A stretch of 32,000 nucleotides of DNA, from contig NC_007517.1 of the NCBI RefSeq assembly GCF_000012925.1, forward strand, positions 1,800,001 to 1,832,000, read 5' to 3'. The notes under the pieces were generated by a model. The model was not told the origin of the DNA. It ran no database searches and saw only the letters and a list, made by a program, of their open reading frames with translations. A program made the position numbers and the translations under genes. Shown piece by piece: positions 9,046-17,485 of this stretch (positions are counted from its first letter, which is position 1; each line of letters opens with the position of its first letter). The stretch comes from Geobacter metallireducens GS-15. Lineage in GTDB: Bacteria; Desulfobacterota; Desulfuromonadia; Geobacterales; Geobacteraceae.

Positions 9046-9375
9046 ATGAATGCGCAACGACCCCAGGCCCTGCCGGGCCAAACCCTTGCCCTTGATACCA
9101 ACTGCGGCAAACTTTATGTCACGGTGAACTGTGATCCTTCGAGTTGCCTGCCGGTGGAGATATTCTGCCGTTTCGGCAAGGCGGGCGGCTGTGGCAGTGC
9201 TGTCATGGATGGCATGACGCGGATGATATCTTGCGGGCTCAGTGCCGGCATGGCTCCGGAAGAGGTGGTGTCGCACCTTCGGGACATATCGTGCCATCGC
9301 GGTCCGGGAACCTGCATGGATGCCGTTGCTCAGGCAGTGGAGGCGGTCGTGGCGCAGGAGGGAGATGAGTGCTAG
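9046..9375 (+). CDS. stand-alone TSCPD-domain protein (NrdJ C-terminal-like)
   Basis: TNCGKLYVTVN..PVEIFCRFGKAGGCGSA...MISCGLSAG...HLRDISC...GTCMDAVAQAV resembles the TSCPD domain at the C-terminus of class II RNR. ATG 9046 is preceded by AAGGAAAGG (the ORF track starts at GTG 9037). Confidence 0.7.
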   Translation: MNAQRPQALPGQTLALDTNCGKLYVTVNCDPSSCLPVEIFCRFGKAGGCGSAVMDGMTRMISCGLSAGMAPEEVVSHLRDISCHRGPGTCMDAVAQAVEAVVAQEGDEC

Positions 9376-9444
9376 TTGGTTGTAGTTGGTGGTTGGGTAA
9401 GTATATGTTTCTGGGCGTGGCGCAGGGGGCGCAAGGGGAAATGT

Positions 9445-9858
9445 GTGAATGATAAGATTGGTCCGGGATTGTACCGGCACTACAAGGGTAATTTATATAG
9501 GGTAATCGGCGTGGCCCGCCACAGTGAGACCGAGGAGGAGGTGGTGGTTTACCGGTGCCTGTATGGCGACGGTTCCCTCTGGGTTCGTCCTCTGGTGATG
9601 TTCGCGGAAACGGTCACTGTTGACGGCAATCTTGTGGCGAGATTCGAGCGGCGTGACGAAGCAAATGTTTCGCCATGCATTGACGGGAACCGCTGCAAGG
9701 GGTGCGGTCGTTGTGTTTCGGTCTGCAGGGACCGGCTCATCAGTCTGGAATCAGGTGAGGGGAGGAAGGTCGCTGTCATGGGAGAGCGTCGGAGGTGCGA
9801 TCTCTGCGGCCGGTGCATTGCGGAGTGTCTGTTCGGGGCCATATCGCTAACGGGTTGA
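9445..9858 (+). CDS. DUF1653 domain fused to a 2x[4Fe-4S] ferredoxin-type domain
   Basis: YRHYKGNLYRVIGVARHSETEEEVVVYRCLYGDGSLWVRPLVMF is DUF1653-like. It is followed by CKGCGRCVSVC and CDLCGRCIAEC (two CxxCxxCxxxC). Start is ambiguous: GTG 9445 (SD AAGGGGA) or TTG 9376 (SD AGGAGGGAG), the latter adding a hydrophobic 23-aa extension. Confidence 0.7.
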   Translation: MNDKIGPGLYRHYKGNLYRVIGVARHSETEEEVVVYRCLYGDGSLWVRPLVMFAETVTVDGNLVARFERRDEANVSPCIDGNRCKGCGRCVSVCRDRLISLESGEGRKVAVMGERRRCDLCGRCIAECLFGAISLTG

Positions 9859-9873
9859 AATGATGGCCAATGG

Positions 9874-10017
9874 CTATTTCATGTTTTCGTAGAACAGGAA
9901 CACGAGGAGGACGATGAGGGCTGCCGCGACGATCATCAGTACGAAGGCTATGGCGGTGTTGACGGTGTCCTGGAGTTTTTCCTTCGGCGTTCTGGTTTCC
10001 CTGATATATCGACCCAT
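9874..10017 (-). CDS. hypothetical 47-aa small membrane protein
   Basis: Found by hand because it is below the ORF-track cutoff. ATG lies 6 nt after GGAGG. Product MGRYIRETRTPKEKLQDTVNTAIAFVLMIVAAALIVLLVFLFYENMK has a charged N-terminus and one transmembrane helix. Confidence 0.4.
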   Translation of the reverse strand: MGRYIRETRTPKEKLQDTVNTAIAFVLMIVAAALIVLLVFLFYENMK

Positions 10018-10122
10018 CGGCGTCCTCCGGTTTGGCACGGTATTTCAGTTTGCTGACCCATCATATACTATTTGGTTACATAATCTATAAAGAATCTTCT
10101 CTCTACGGGGCAACAAATCAAG

Positions 10123-10143
10123 ACCGGCCGCGGCCGGTTTTTG
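10123..10143 (+). terminator. rho-independent terminator with no gene directly upstream on the + strand
   Basis: Perfect 16-nt palindrome ACCGGCCGCGGCCGGT followed by TTTTTG. Confidence 0.5.
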
Positions 10144-10252
10144 TGCGCCCTTGCCCCCTTTGATCACTTCCTTGTTGTCCCCCGGGTTGCATCGGCTCCA
10201 TGGCACACTTATACTTGTTCCGACTGTTTGCTTTCAGGATATGGAGTACACC

Positions 10253-12727
10253 ATGGAAACCCTTTCTGATGTCTTTGCGACCTTTTCCCAACGGGGGGAC
10301 ACGACGGCTTTTGTTCACCGTACAGGGGTAAGACGCTATGTTTTTACTTACCTTGATCTGCATGCGCTTTCGCTCCGGATGAACCGCTGGCTGGCTGACC
10401 AGGGAGTAGGGGAGGGGGATCGGGTGGTTCTCTGGGGACCCAACTCTCCCTGGTGGGCGGTGGCTTTCTGGGGCATCGTAACGCGGGGCGCGGTTGCCGT
10501 ACCGGTCGATTTCATGTCGGGGGCCGAGCGGGCCGAGATCATTGCCGGCCTCACGGATGCGAAGCTCGTCATCCAGAGCAGAGACAAGCTTGACCGGCTC
10601 ACGGGGAGGCCGTCGGTATTGCTGGAAGAGCTCGGTTTTCTTCTGGAAGCGGTGGAACCCCTTGCGACCACCCATCGGCCTGCACCCGATGACATGGCGG
10701 AACTGATTTATACCTCCGGCACCACCGGCAACCCCAAGGGGGTGATTCTTACCCACCGGAACCTGGTTGCCAATATCCTGCAGGTGAACCGGCACATTCC
10801 CGTCGTTACCCCCGATTTCTCGTTCCTGTCACTTCTTCCCCTTTCTCACATGTTCGAGCAGATGGGAGGTTTCTTCACTCCCCTCTACCGGGGAGCCGCC
10901 ATCGTCTACATTCGCACCCTCAAACCGTCGGCGATCATGGAGGCCCTGGGGGAGGAGGACATCTACGCCATCATCGCCGTGCCGCGACTGCTCCAACTCC
11001 TCAAGGGCTCCGTGGAGCGGGAGCTAGAGGCCAAGGGCCTTGGTTCCATCTTCAGGTGGCTCCTGAAAGTGGGAGAGCGGATGTCCCGCGGGGGACGTTC
11101 GGTTCTTTTTCGTCCCATCCAGCGGAAGTTCGGCCGCAATTTTGCCCTGTTCGTCTCGGGAGGCGCTCCCCTTGACCCGGAGGTGTTCCGCTTCTGGAAC
11201 GGCCTCGGCTTCAGGGTCGTCGAGGGGTATGGCCTCACCGAGTGTTCGCCGGTCCTGACCGCCAACACCATGGAACGCCAGGTGATGGGCTCAGTGGGCA
11301 CCCCCCTTGACGGCGTGGAGTTGCGGCTCGAAGAGGGGGAAATCCTCGCCCGGGGCGACAACATCTTTCCCGGCTACTTCCGCAATGAGGAAGCCACCCG
11401 GGGGGCCTTCGTCGATGGCTGGTTCCGGACCGGGGATCTGGGGGAACTGGACCCGGACGGCTGGCTCCGCATCAAGGGGAGGAGCAAGGAGCTCATCGTC
11501 ACCGGGGCCGGGGTCAATGTCTACCCCGATGAGATCGAGGCGATCCTCAACCGGACCCAGGGAGTGCGGGAAGGGTGCGTCATTGGTCTTGACCGGGGAA
11601 AGGGGGAAGAGGTTCACGGCGTCCTGATCCTGGACGGCTCCGGGCGGCCGACGGAAGAGATCGTCAATGAGGTGAACGCCAAGTTTGACGAACTCCACCG
11701 GATTACCTCCTTTTCCGTCTGGCCCGAAGCGGAGTTCCCCAAGACCACTACCCTGAAAATCCGCAAATTTCAGGTCAAGGAACGGATTGAGCAAGGTGGG
11801 GGTGCTCTGGGAGACGGGCGGGGCGCCGATCGCCTCACGGCCCTTGTGGCGACCATTACCGGCTCTCCCCTGGAGCAGGTCACAGAGGGGGCCCTTCTTG
11901 TTAACGACCTGGGGCTCACCTCCATCGCACGCCTCGAACTCGTGAATGCTCTGGAGATGGAATTCCGGCTCGACCTGGAGGATTCGGTCATAGGCCCCCA
12001 GACCCGCGTGGCCGACCTCAGGGAGATCGTCAGTCGTCGGGAGAAGGTGCATATCCGCGAGCATTTCCGGATCTGGGCCATGGGGGGAGTTGCCCTTGCG
12101 GTGCGGCGTCTCCTCGACACCGTACTCCATGGCCCGCTCCTGCGGGCCTTCGTAACCCTAAAATCCCTCGGCATCGAAAATCTTGAGGCCGCCGACGGGC
12201 CGGTCATGTTCGTCTCCAACCACCTGAGCTACCTGGACCAGCCGGCCATCATGTGCGTCCTTCCCGACGCCTGGCGCTACAACACCGCCACTGCAGCCTG
12301 GGAGGAGTTCTTCTTCCGCAACTTCAAGAACCTTCCCCAGCGGCTCTGGAAGCGATTCACGTACGAGTATGCAAGCGTGGCCTTCACGGTCTTTCCCCTT
12401 CCCCAGTCACGGGGCTTCCGGGGGGCGCTCCACTTCATGGGGACTTTGGCGGACCAAGGCATGAACATCCTTCTCTTTCCTGAGGGAGAACGCTCCCGGG
12501 ACGGCAGGCTTCTGCCGTTTCAGCAGGGACTCGGCGTCATGATCCGCGAACTGGGGGTGCCGGTGGTTCCGGTCAGGATCAGGGGACTTGAAAAGGTTCT
12601 CCCTCGCGGCGCCTCGTGGCCTCAAAAAGGCGAGGTTTCGATAACGTTCGGCAAACCGATTCACTTCCGGGGAGAATCGCCGACAGAGATCGTGGACCGG
12701 GCGCGCCGCGCCGTGGAGGATTTGTAG
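10253..12727 (+). CDS. tri-domain acyl-AMP ligase - carrier protein - lysophospholipid (PlsC/AGPAT-type) acyltransferase
   Basis: AMP-binding motif IYTSGTTGNPKGV. PP-binding DLGLTSIARLEL with the Ser codon at 11921-11923. Acyltransferase HxxxxD (NHLSYLD, 12221-12238) and FPEGERS. ATG 10253 follows GGAG (alternative ATG at 10241). The ORF-track start 10151 abuts the terminator T-run and is unlikely. Confidence 0.9.
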   Translation: METLSDVFATFSQRGDTTAFVHRTGVRRYVFTYLDLHALSLRMNRWLADQGVGEGDRVVLWGPNSPWWAVAFWGIVTRGAVAVPVDFMSGAERAEIIAGLTDAKLVIQSRDKLDRLTGRPSVLLEELGFLLEAVEPLATTHRPAPDDMAELIYTSGTTGNPKGVILTHRNLVANILQVNRHIPVVTPDFSFLSLLPLSHMFEQMGGFFTPLYRGAAIVYIRTLKPSAIMEALGEEDIYAIIAVPRLLQLLKGSVERELEAKGLGSIFRWLLKVGERMSRGGRSVLFRPIQRKFGRNFALFVSGGAPLDPEVFRFWNGLGFRVVEGYGLTECSPVLTANTMERQVMGSVGTPLDGVELRLEEGEILARGDNIFPGYFRNEEATRGAFVDGWFRTGDLGELDPDGWLRIKGRSKELIVTGAGVNVYPDEIEAILNRTQGVREGCVIGLDRGKGEEVHGVLILDGSGRPTEEIVNEVNAKFDELHRITSFSVWPEAEFPKTTTLKIRKFQVKERIEQGGGALGDGRGADRLTALVATITGSPLEQVTEGALLVNDLGLTSIARLELVNALEMEFRLDLEDSVIGPQTRVADLREIVSRREKVHIREHFRIWAMGGVALAVRRLLDTVLHGPLLRAFVTLKSLGIENLEAADGPVMFVSNHLSYLDQPAIMCVLPDAWRYNTATAAWEEFFFRNFKNLPQRLWKRFTYEYASVAFTVFPLPQSRGFRGALHFMGTLADQGMNILLFPEGERSRDGRLLPFQQGLGVMIRELGVPVVPVRIRGLEKVLPRGASWPQKGEVSITFGKPIHFRGESPTEIVDRARRAVEDL

Positions 12728-12730
12728 GTA

Positions 12731-15346
12731 ATGGCATGGCACCTGAAAACCAGTGACGAGGCCATGGCAAAACTCGGCACTTCCCCAGAGGGGCTTTCGG
12801 TTGAGGTTGCTCGAGAACGTCTTGCTGAGATCGGCCCCAACGAGCTGGAGGAACAGGTCCGCCGGACTCCTTTCGCCATGGTCCTCTCCCAGTTCACCGA
12901 TTTCATGATTCTCATCCTCCTTGGCGCTGCGGTGCTTGCGGCCACTATCGGCCACCTGAGTGACGCCCTGCCGATCATTGCCATTGTCATCCTTAATGCC
13001 CTTATCGGCTTTGTCCAGGAGTTTCGGGCCGAACGGGCCATGGCGGCCCTGCGGGAGATGGCGGGGAACAGCGCCACCGTGGTGCGGGAGGGGAGCCCGG
13101 TTGCTATCCCTGCCAGGGATATCGTGCCGGGTGATCTGGTGCTTCTGGAAGCGGGCAACGTCGTTCCGGCCGATCTGCGGCTGGTGGAGACGGCCCATCT
13201 GAAGGCAGTGGAGGCGGCCCTCACGGGGGAATCCCTGCCGGTAGAGAAGATGACGGTTCCCCTTGCCGACCCTGAACTCTCTCTGGGTGACCGGCGCAAC
13301 ATGGCCTACAAGGGGACCATCATCTCCTACGGGCGGGGAGCGGGTGTTGCCGTGGCCACGGGAATGGACTCGGAACTGGGCCGGATTGCCACCATGCTCC
13401 AGAACGAGGAGGAGACGAAAACCCCGCTGCAGAAGCGGCTCACGGTTTTCGGCCAGCGCCTGGCGGTGGCGATTCTCATTGTCTGCGCCATTATCTTCGC
13501 CCTCGGCTATTTTCGGGGAGAGCCACTACTCCTTATGCTTCTCACCGCCATTTCCCTGGCGGTGGCGGCCATTCCCGAGGCGCTTCCCGCAGTGGTCACC
13601 ATCACCCTTGCTCTGGGAGCCCGGAAATTGGTCCGGCAGAACGCTCTTATCCGGCGGCTTCCGGCGGTGGAGACCCTCGGCTCGGTCACCTACATCTGTT
13701 CCGACAAGACCGGCACCCTCACCCTCAACCGGATGACCGTGGAGAAGGTGGCGATGAACGGCGTCACCATGCCCCTTGCAGATGCCTGTGGCACCATGGG
13801 TGGAGAAGAGGCAGGCCGTCACTTCATGATGGCCCTGGCCCTTTGCAACGATGCACGGCTCGACAACGAGGGGAACCTCCTTGGAGACCCCACCGAGACC
13901 GCCCTTTCGGCTGCGGCCCTCATCTGCGGCTATGACCGCAGCGAACTCGAAGCATATCATCCCCGCGTGGCGGAGCTTCCTTTTGACTCAGAGCGCAAGC
14001 TCATGACCACTTTCCACCGACGGAGTGAAGGTTTTGTCTCCTACACCAAGGGCGCAGTGGAGGCGATTCTCGACAGATCCTCGGCAATGCTGGTCGATGG
14101 GGAGGAGAGCGCCCCTGATGTCGAAAAAATTCTCAGACTGAGCGAGGAGATGGCGGAGGAGGGGCTCCGGATCCTGGCCGTGGCCATGCGGAACTGGGAA
14201 CAGGTTCCCGACCGTCTGAAGAGCGACCGTGTGGAGAGTGATTTGATTTTTCTCGGCCTGGTGGGGATGATGGACCCCCCGCGGGATGAGGCTGCGGAGG
14301 CGGTGACCGACTGCCGAGGTGCCGGGATCACGCCGGTCATGATTACCGGCGACCACCCGCTCACGGCTCGGATCATCGCCCGGCGCCTTTCGCTCGTTGG
14401 TGACGAGAGCGAAGTGATCACCGGTCGCGAGTTGGCGGAACTCTCCCTGGAGGAGTTCGAACAACGGGTGGAGGATATCAGAGTCTATGCCCGGGTGGCG
14501 CCGGAGCAGAAGCTGAAAATCATCAAGGCCCTTCAGGACAGGGGGCATTTCGTCGCCATGACCGGCGACGGGGTGAATGACGCCCCGGCCCTGAAGCGGG
14601 CCGACATTGGCATTGCCATGGGGATCACCGGCACCGACGTGGCCAAGGAGGCGTCGGCCATGATCCTTCTGGACGACAACTTCGCCACCATCGTCAAGGC
14701 GGTGCGGGAAGGGAGACGGATCTACGCCAATATCCTGAAATTCATCATCTATTCGATCACGAGCAACGCCGGTACCCTGGTGGCCATAACCCTGGCCCCC
14801 TTCTTCGGGCTCCCGCTCCCGCTATTGCCGATCCAGATTCTCTGGCTGAACCTGCTCTGTGACAGTCTGCCGGGGTTGGCCCTTGCCGGCGAACCGGCCG
14901 AGCGGGACGTCATGAGGCGTCCGCCGGTGGACCCCCGGGAGGGGATATTCTCCGCCGGCCGGGGATACTTTGTGCTCGGTTACGGGTTCCTCATCGGCGC
15001 CGTCGCTCTCGCGTTCCAGGCCTTTGCCCTGCGCCGGGGACTTCCCTGGCAGACCATGGTATTCACCTTCCTCGTCCTGAATCGGATGGCGGTTGCCCTC
15101 TCGGTCCGCTCCGACCGGCAGTCGCTCTTCCGGATCGGGCTTCTCTCCAATCTTCCCCTCTGCGGGGCGATTATCGTCACCTTCCTTCTGCAACTCATGG
15201 TTGTCTACACGCCGCTGTTGAATCCGATTTTCTCCACGGCGCCCCTCTCCGGAGAAGCCCTTCTCATTACGGTGGGACTGGCGGTCGGGATGATCCTGGT
15301 CTCTGAGCTCCACAAGGTACTCAAGCGGATACAGCGACGCAGATAG
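12731..15346 (+). CDS. P-type (E1-E2) cation-transporting ATPase, P2A/Ca2+-pump-like
   Basis: 871 aa with DKTGTLT (Asp codon 13703-13705), [19 protein letters not shown]4 PEALP, TM6 NLLCDSLP and a Cation_ATPase_N-like N-terminus. Starts 3 nt after the previous stop. Confidence 0.95.
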   Translation: MAWHLKTSDEAMAKLGTSPEGLSVEVARERLAEIGPNELEEQVRRTPFAMVLSQFTDFMILILLGAAVLAATIGHLSDALPIIAIVILNALIGFVQEFRAERAMAALREMAGNSATVVREGSPVAIPARDIVPGDLVLLEAGNVVPADLRLVETAHLKAVEAALTGESLPVEKMTVPLADPELSLGDRRNMAYKGTIISYGRGAGVAVATGMDSELGRIATMLQNEEETKTPLQKRLTVFGQRLAVAILIVCAIIFALGYFRGEPLLLMLLTAISLAVAAIPEALPAVVTITLALGARKLVRQNALIRRLPAVETLGSVTYICSDKTGTLTLNRMTVEKVAMNGVTMPLADACGTMGGEEAGRHFMMALALCNDARLDNEGNLLGDPTETALSAAALICGYDRSELEAYHPRVAELPFDSERKLMTTFHRRSEGFVSYTKGAVEAILDRSSAMLVDGEESAPDVEKILRLSEEMAEEGLRILAVAMRNWEQVPDRLKSDRVESDLIFLGLVGMMDPPRDEAAEAVTDCRGAGITPVMITGDHPLTARIIARRLSLVGDESEVITGRELAELSLEEFEQRVEDIRVYARVAPEQKLKIIKALQDRGHFVAMTGDGVNDAPALKRADIGIAMGITGTDVAKEASAMILLDDNFATIVKAVREGRRIYANILKFIIYSITSNAGTLVAITLAPFFGLPLPLLPIQILWLNLLCDSLPGLALAGEPAERDVMRRPPVDPREGIFSAGRGYFVLGYGFLIGAVALAFQAFALRRGLPWQTMVFTFLVLNRMAVALSVRSDRQSLFRIGLLSNLPLCGAIIVTFLLQLMVVYTPLLNPIFSTAPLSGEALLITVGLAVGMILVSELHKVLKRIQRRR

Positions 15347-15349
15347 GTT

Positions 15350-15781
15350 TCAGATGTCGAGAACGACCGTTGCCCGCCAGGTTCCGTCCCGCAATTCGAC
15401 GGCGAACCGGTGGAGAGTGACGGCCTTCACGTCCACGACCATGGGGTGACGGTCGAGGTCTATCTCTTCGCCCCGGACCACGGTATGGAGTTTCAGGATT
15501 GCGTCACTGTCGGCGATGGTGAGGGAGGATGGCCGGAGAAGGAGCCTCCGGGCGTCTTTGTAGTAGATGATTTCCTGCAGGAAATCGAAGAGGAGGAGGT
15601 CGAGATCCGCGTTTTCGAGGATGATTTCAAGCTCCTGACGGGGTTGGATGGTGGCGAGATCCTCCACCATGACGTTGGTCAGGGCATCGGCCGCCGCCGT
15701 GAACATCTCCTCCCGGGTGGCACCGGTTGCCTCGAAGGCGGTGTCCGCAGTGGCGATGTCGGGGAGATAACGGTAGGGCAT
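15350..15781 (-). CDS. archease (RtcB activator family)
   Basis: 143 aa. N-terminal YLPDIATADTAFEATGATREEMFTAAADAL and C-terminal KAVTLHRF...ATVVLDI fit archease conserved ends. Confidence 0.8.
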   Translation of the reverse strand: MPYRYLPDIATADTAFEATGATREEMFTAAADALTNVMVEDLATIQPRQELEIILENADLDLLLFDFLQEIIYYKDARRLLLRPSSLTIADSDAILKLHTVVRGEEIDLDRHPMVVDVKAVTLHRFAVELRDGTWRATVVLDI

Positions 15782-15800
15782 GGGGCTGTTTCAAATGCTT

Positions 15801-16892
15801 TCAGAGAAGGGCGTCGATCGCTTCGAAGTCGATCTCGTTCTCAGCGTTGGCCCTGATCCAGTTCAGTTTCTCCTGGTCCTCGGCGGTGATCTTTGCCACG
15901 TCCTCCATGAGGGTGGTGAAGACATTGGCCGTGGAATCGTGGACCCTGATATAGGGGATATTGCTGTCGTCCAAAATTTGCTGGCTTATTTCCGAAGCGG
16001 GTATGTGGCCGGCGATGACAAGTCCCACGATCTTTTCCCGGAAAGCTGGGATGTGATAGAGGGAGGAGAGGGTGACGATGAGCTCGTCGCGGGAGCTGGT
16101 TATGACGATGAGGGTCGATTCCTGCAGGGCGTCCACCACCCGCTGGGCAGAGGCTGCCCCCAAGTGAATGTGGTGGATGATGCGGCTTTGCCCGTCGGGG
16201 TCGCCGTGGACCGGAAGATTGAGCAGTTTGCCGATGTGGGAGAGGGTAGGGTTTGCCAGGATGGGGGAGTAGTTGAAGCCGCCGCTGATCTTGAGGGGGC
16301 GTCCCGGGAAACCTTTGCCGAGGAAGCTGAGAATCGACTCCCGCTTGTCGGCCCTCAGCTTGTTGACGAGTAACATCCGGACATCGGCGTCCTCTTTCTC
16401 GTAGAGCGCCAAGTTCAGGTGAACCGCGTCGATGGAGCTTCCGATGCCGCTGTCGGTCACGATGATGACCGGAGCGTTGAGGGTATGGGCAACGCAGGCG
16501 TTGCTGAGGCCGATGACCGATCCGACGCCGCCGTGCCCGGCCCCTTCGATGATGAGGAAATCATATTTCTTGTCGAGAATTTCAAAGGCTTCGAGAATCT
16601 TCGTCTTGAGGACATTGCAATCGAGCTTGCCGCTGAGGAAATCGCGGGTGAAGTTCTTGTGGAGCGAAACCGGGTTCATGAGGGGAAGGTCCTCCTCCAG
16701 CCCGAAGGTTCTGGCCATGAGAATGGCGTCCATGTCGACGGTGAGGCCGTTGTATCCCTCGATCTTGGGGCCGATGGGTTTGATGAAGCCCACTCGGTCG
16801 TATTTCTGGCGTGCCAGGTGCATGAGCGATACGCTCATGGTGGTCTTGCCGCAGTTCTGTCCCGTCGCGCCGATGAAGACTCTCTTCGCCAT
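15801..16892 (-). CDS. P-loop (BioD/CobQ-like) + DRTGG two-domain protein, like the N-terminal half of long Pta
   Basis: 363 aa with GATGQNCGKTT P-loop, IIEGAGHGGVGS and a C-terminal segment (LIVITSSRDE...IAGH) resembling the DRTGG domain. Assignment from memory of the family pattern. Confidence 0.65.
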   Translation of the reverse strand: MAKRVFIGATGQNCGKTTMSVSLMHLARQKYDRVGFIKPIGPKIEGYNGLTVDMDAILMARTFGLEEDLPLMNPVSLHKNFTRDFLSGKLDCNVLKTKILEAFEILDKKYDFLIIEGAGHGGVGSVIGLSNACVAHTLNAPVIIVTDSGIGSSIDAVHLNLALYEKEDADVRMLLVNKLRADKRESILSFLGKGFPGRPLKISGGFNYSPILANPTLSHIGKLLNLPVHGDPDGQSRIIHHIHLGAASAQRVVDALQESTLIVITSSRDELIVTLSSLYHIPAFREKIVGLVIAGHIPASEISQQILDDSNIPYIRVHDSTANVFTTLMEDVAKITAEDQEKLNWIRANAENEIDFEAIDALL

Positions 16893-17134
16893 CCGTTTCC
16901 CCCGCGGTGATTGAATTCCATCAGATATTCAAGACGTACCTATTGCCCGACAACGAGCGTTGTCGAAGTGAAGATGAGTATACACTATAGATTGAGGTGG
17001 CGAGAGAAAAAACTCTCTGTATTGCTGGGCAATCAGGGTTGGTGGGATAGTAACGGCCGAATCAATATCTTATTCAATGTAGTTGGCCTGTTTTGTGCAC
17101 AACAGTTCATGATATTTCGACCGGAAGGTGCCCA

Positions 17135-17482
17135 GTGAAATCTCTACTCTTGCTACTTCCTGCAGTTCTAGCTGTGGTTGGCTGTTCGCCTGTTCGTGGG
17201 CAGTTGAGTGATTGGCAGGGTGCCAGGCTCGACGAGCTGATGGGGCAGGCCGGCCCTCCCTCGTCCGTTTCCGCCGACATGGCCGGGAACAAGTATTATC
17301 ACTGGCTTGAGGACCGGGGCGGCGTGTACACCTATAATGGGCCGGTCAATCTCAAGTGCGAACGGATTTTCGGTGTCGATGAGCGGGAGGTCATTACCTC
17401 GTTTGCCTGGGACGGCAACTGTCTCGCCTTGCCTGACTCCCCTTGGCAGCGTATTTCGCAAAGCCGGCAAGGAACGGAATGA
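17135..17482 (+). CDS. hypothetical lipoprotein
   Basis: GTG 17135 lies 6 nt after GGAAGG. Signal peptide KSLLLLLPAVLAVVG|C with a lipobox-like VVGC. No recognisable domain. Confidence 0.55.
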   Translation: MKSLLLLLPAVLAVVGCSPVRGQLSDWQGARLDELMGQAGPPSSVSADMAGNKYYHWLEDRGGVYTYNGPVNLKCERIFGVDEREVITSFAWDGNCLALPDSPWQRISQSRQGTE

Positions 17483-17485
17483 TTC

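Noticed and set aside
9373-9402. G/T-rich run TAGTTGGTTGTAGTTGGTGGTTGGGTAAG with reiterated GTTGG (possible G-quadruplex or repeat).
   Set aside because: It has only GG doublets and is very short. It is equally explained as coding sequence if TTG 9376 is the true start of the DUF1653-ferredoxin gene.
10033-10047. Sigma54-like element TGGCACG-GTAT-TTCA upstream of the tri-domain gene.
   Set aside because: The -24 box is perfect, but the -12 box is TTCA rather than the conserved TTGC. A 7-mer match is expected by chance several times on two strands of 32 kb, and no enhancer-binding-protein gene is nearby. It is kept only as a weak possibility for the + strand transcript discussed at 9859-10143.
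10151-10252. ORF-track start (TTG 10151) giving a 34-aa N-terminal extension to the tri-domain protein.
   Set aside because: It begins immediately after the terminator T-run and has no SD. The ligase similarity begins after ATG 10241/10253, and 10253 has GGAG 6 nt upstream.
16981-16989. 9-mer TACACTATA shared by two minus-strand upstream regions (16981-16989 ahead of the DRTGG gene and 19441-19449 ahead of rtcB), possibly a common -10 (TATAGTGTA) or operator.
   Set aside because: Shared 9-mers are expected by chance even among a few kb of intergenic DNA. The flanks do not align, and the distances to the start codons differ (about 90 vs about 30 nt).
17093-17102. Perfect 10-nt palindrome TTGTGCACAA 33 nt upstream of the lipoprotein start (possible operator).
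   Set aside because: Ten-nt perfect palindromes are expected tens of times in 32 kb, and there is no second copy or adjacent regulator gene.
17457-17465. CGCAAAGCC, reminiscent of the conserved core of GEMM-I c-di-GMP/cGAMP riboswitches that are common in Geobacter.
   Set aside because: It lies inside the 3' end of the lipoprotein coding sequence. The upstream GGGCAAA/GNRA-hairpin half of the motif is absent.
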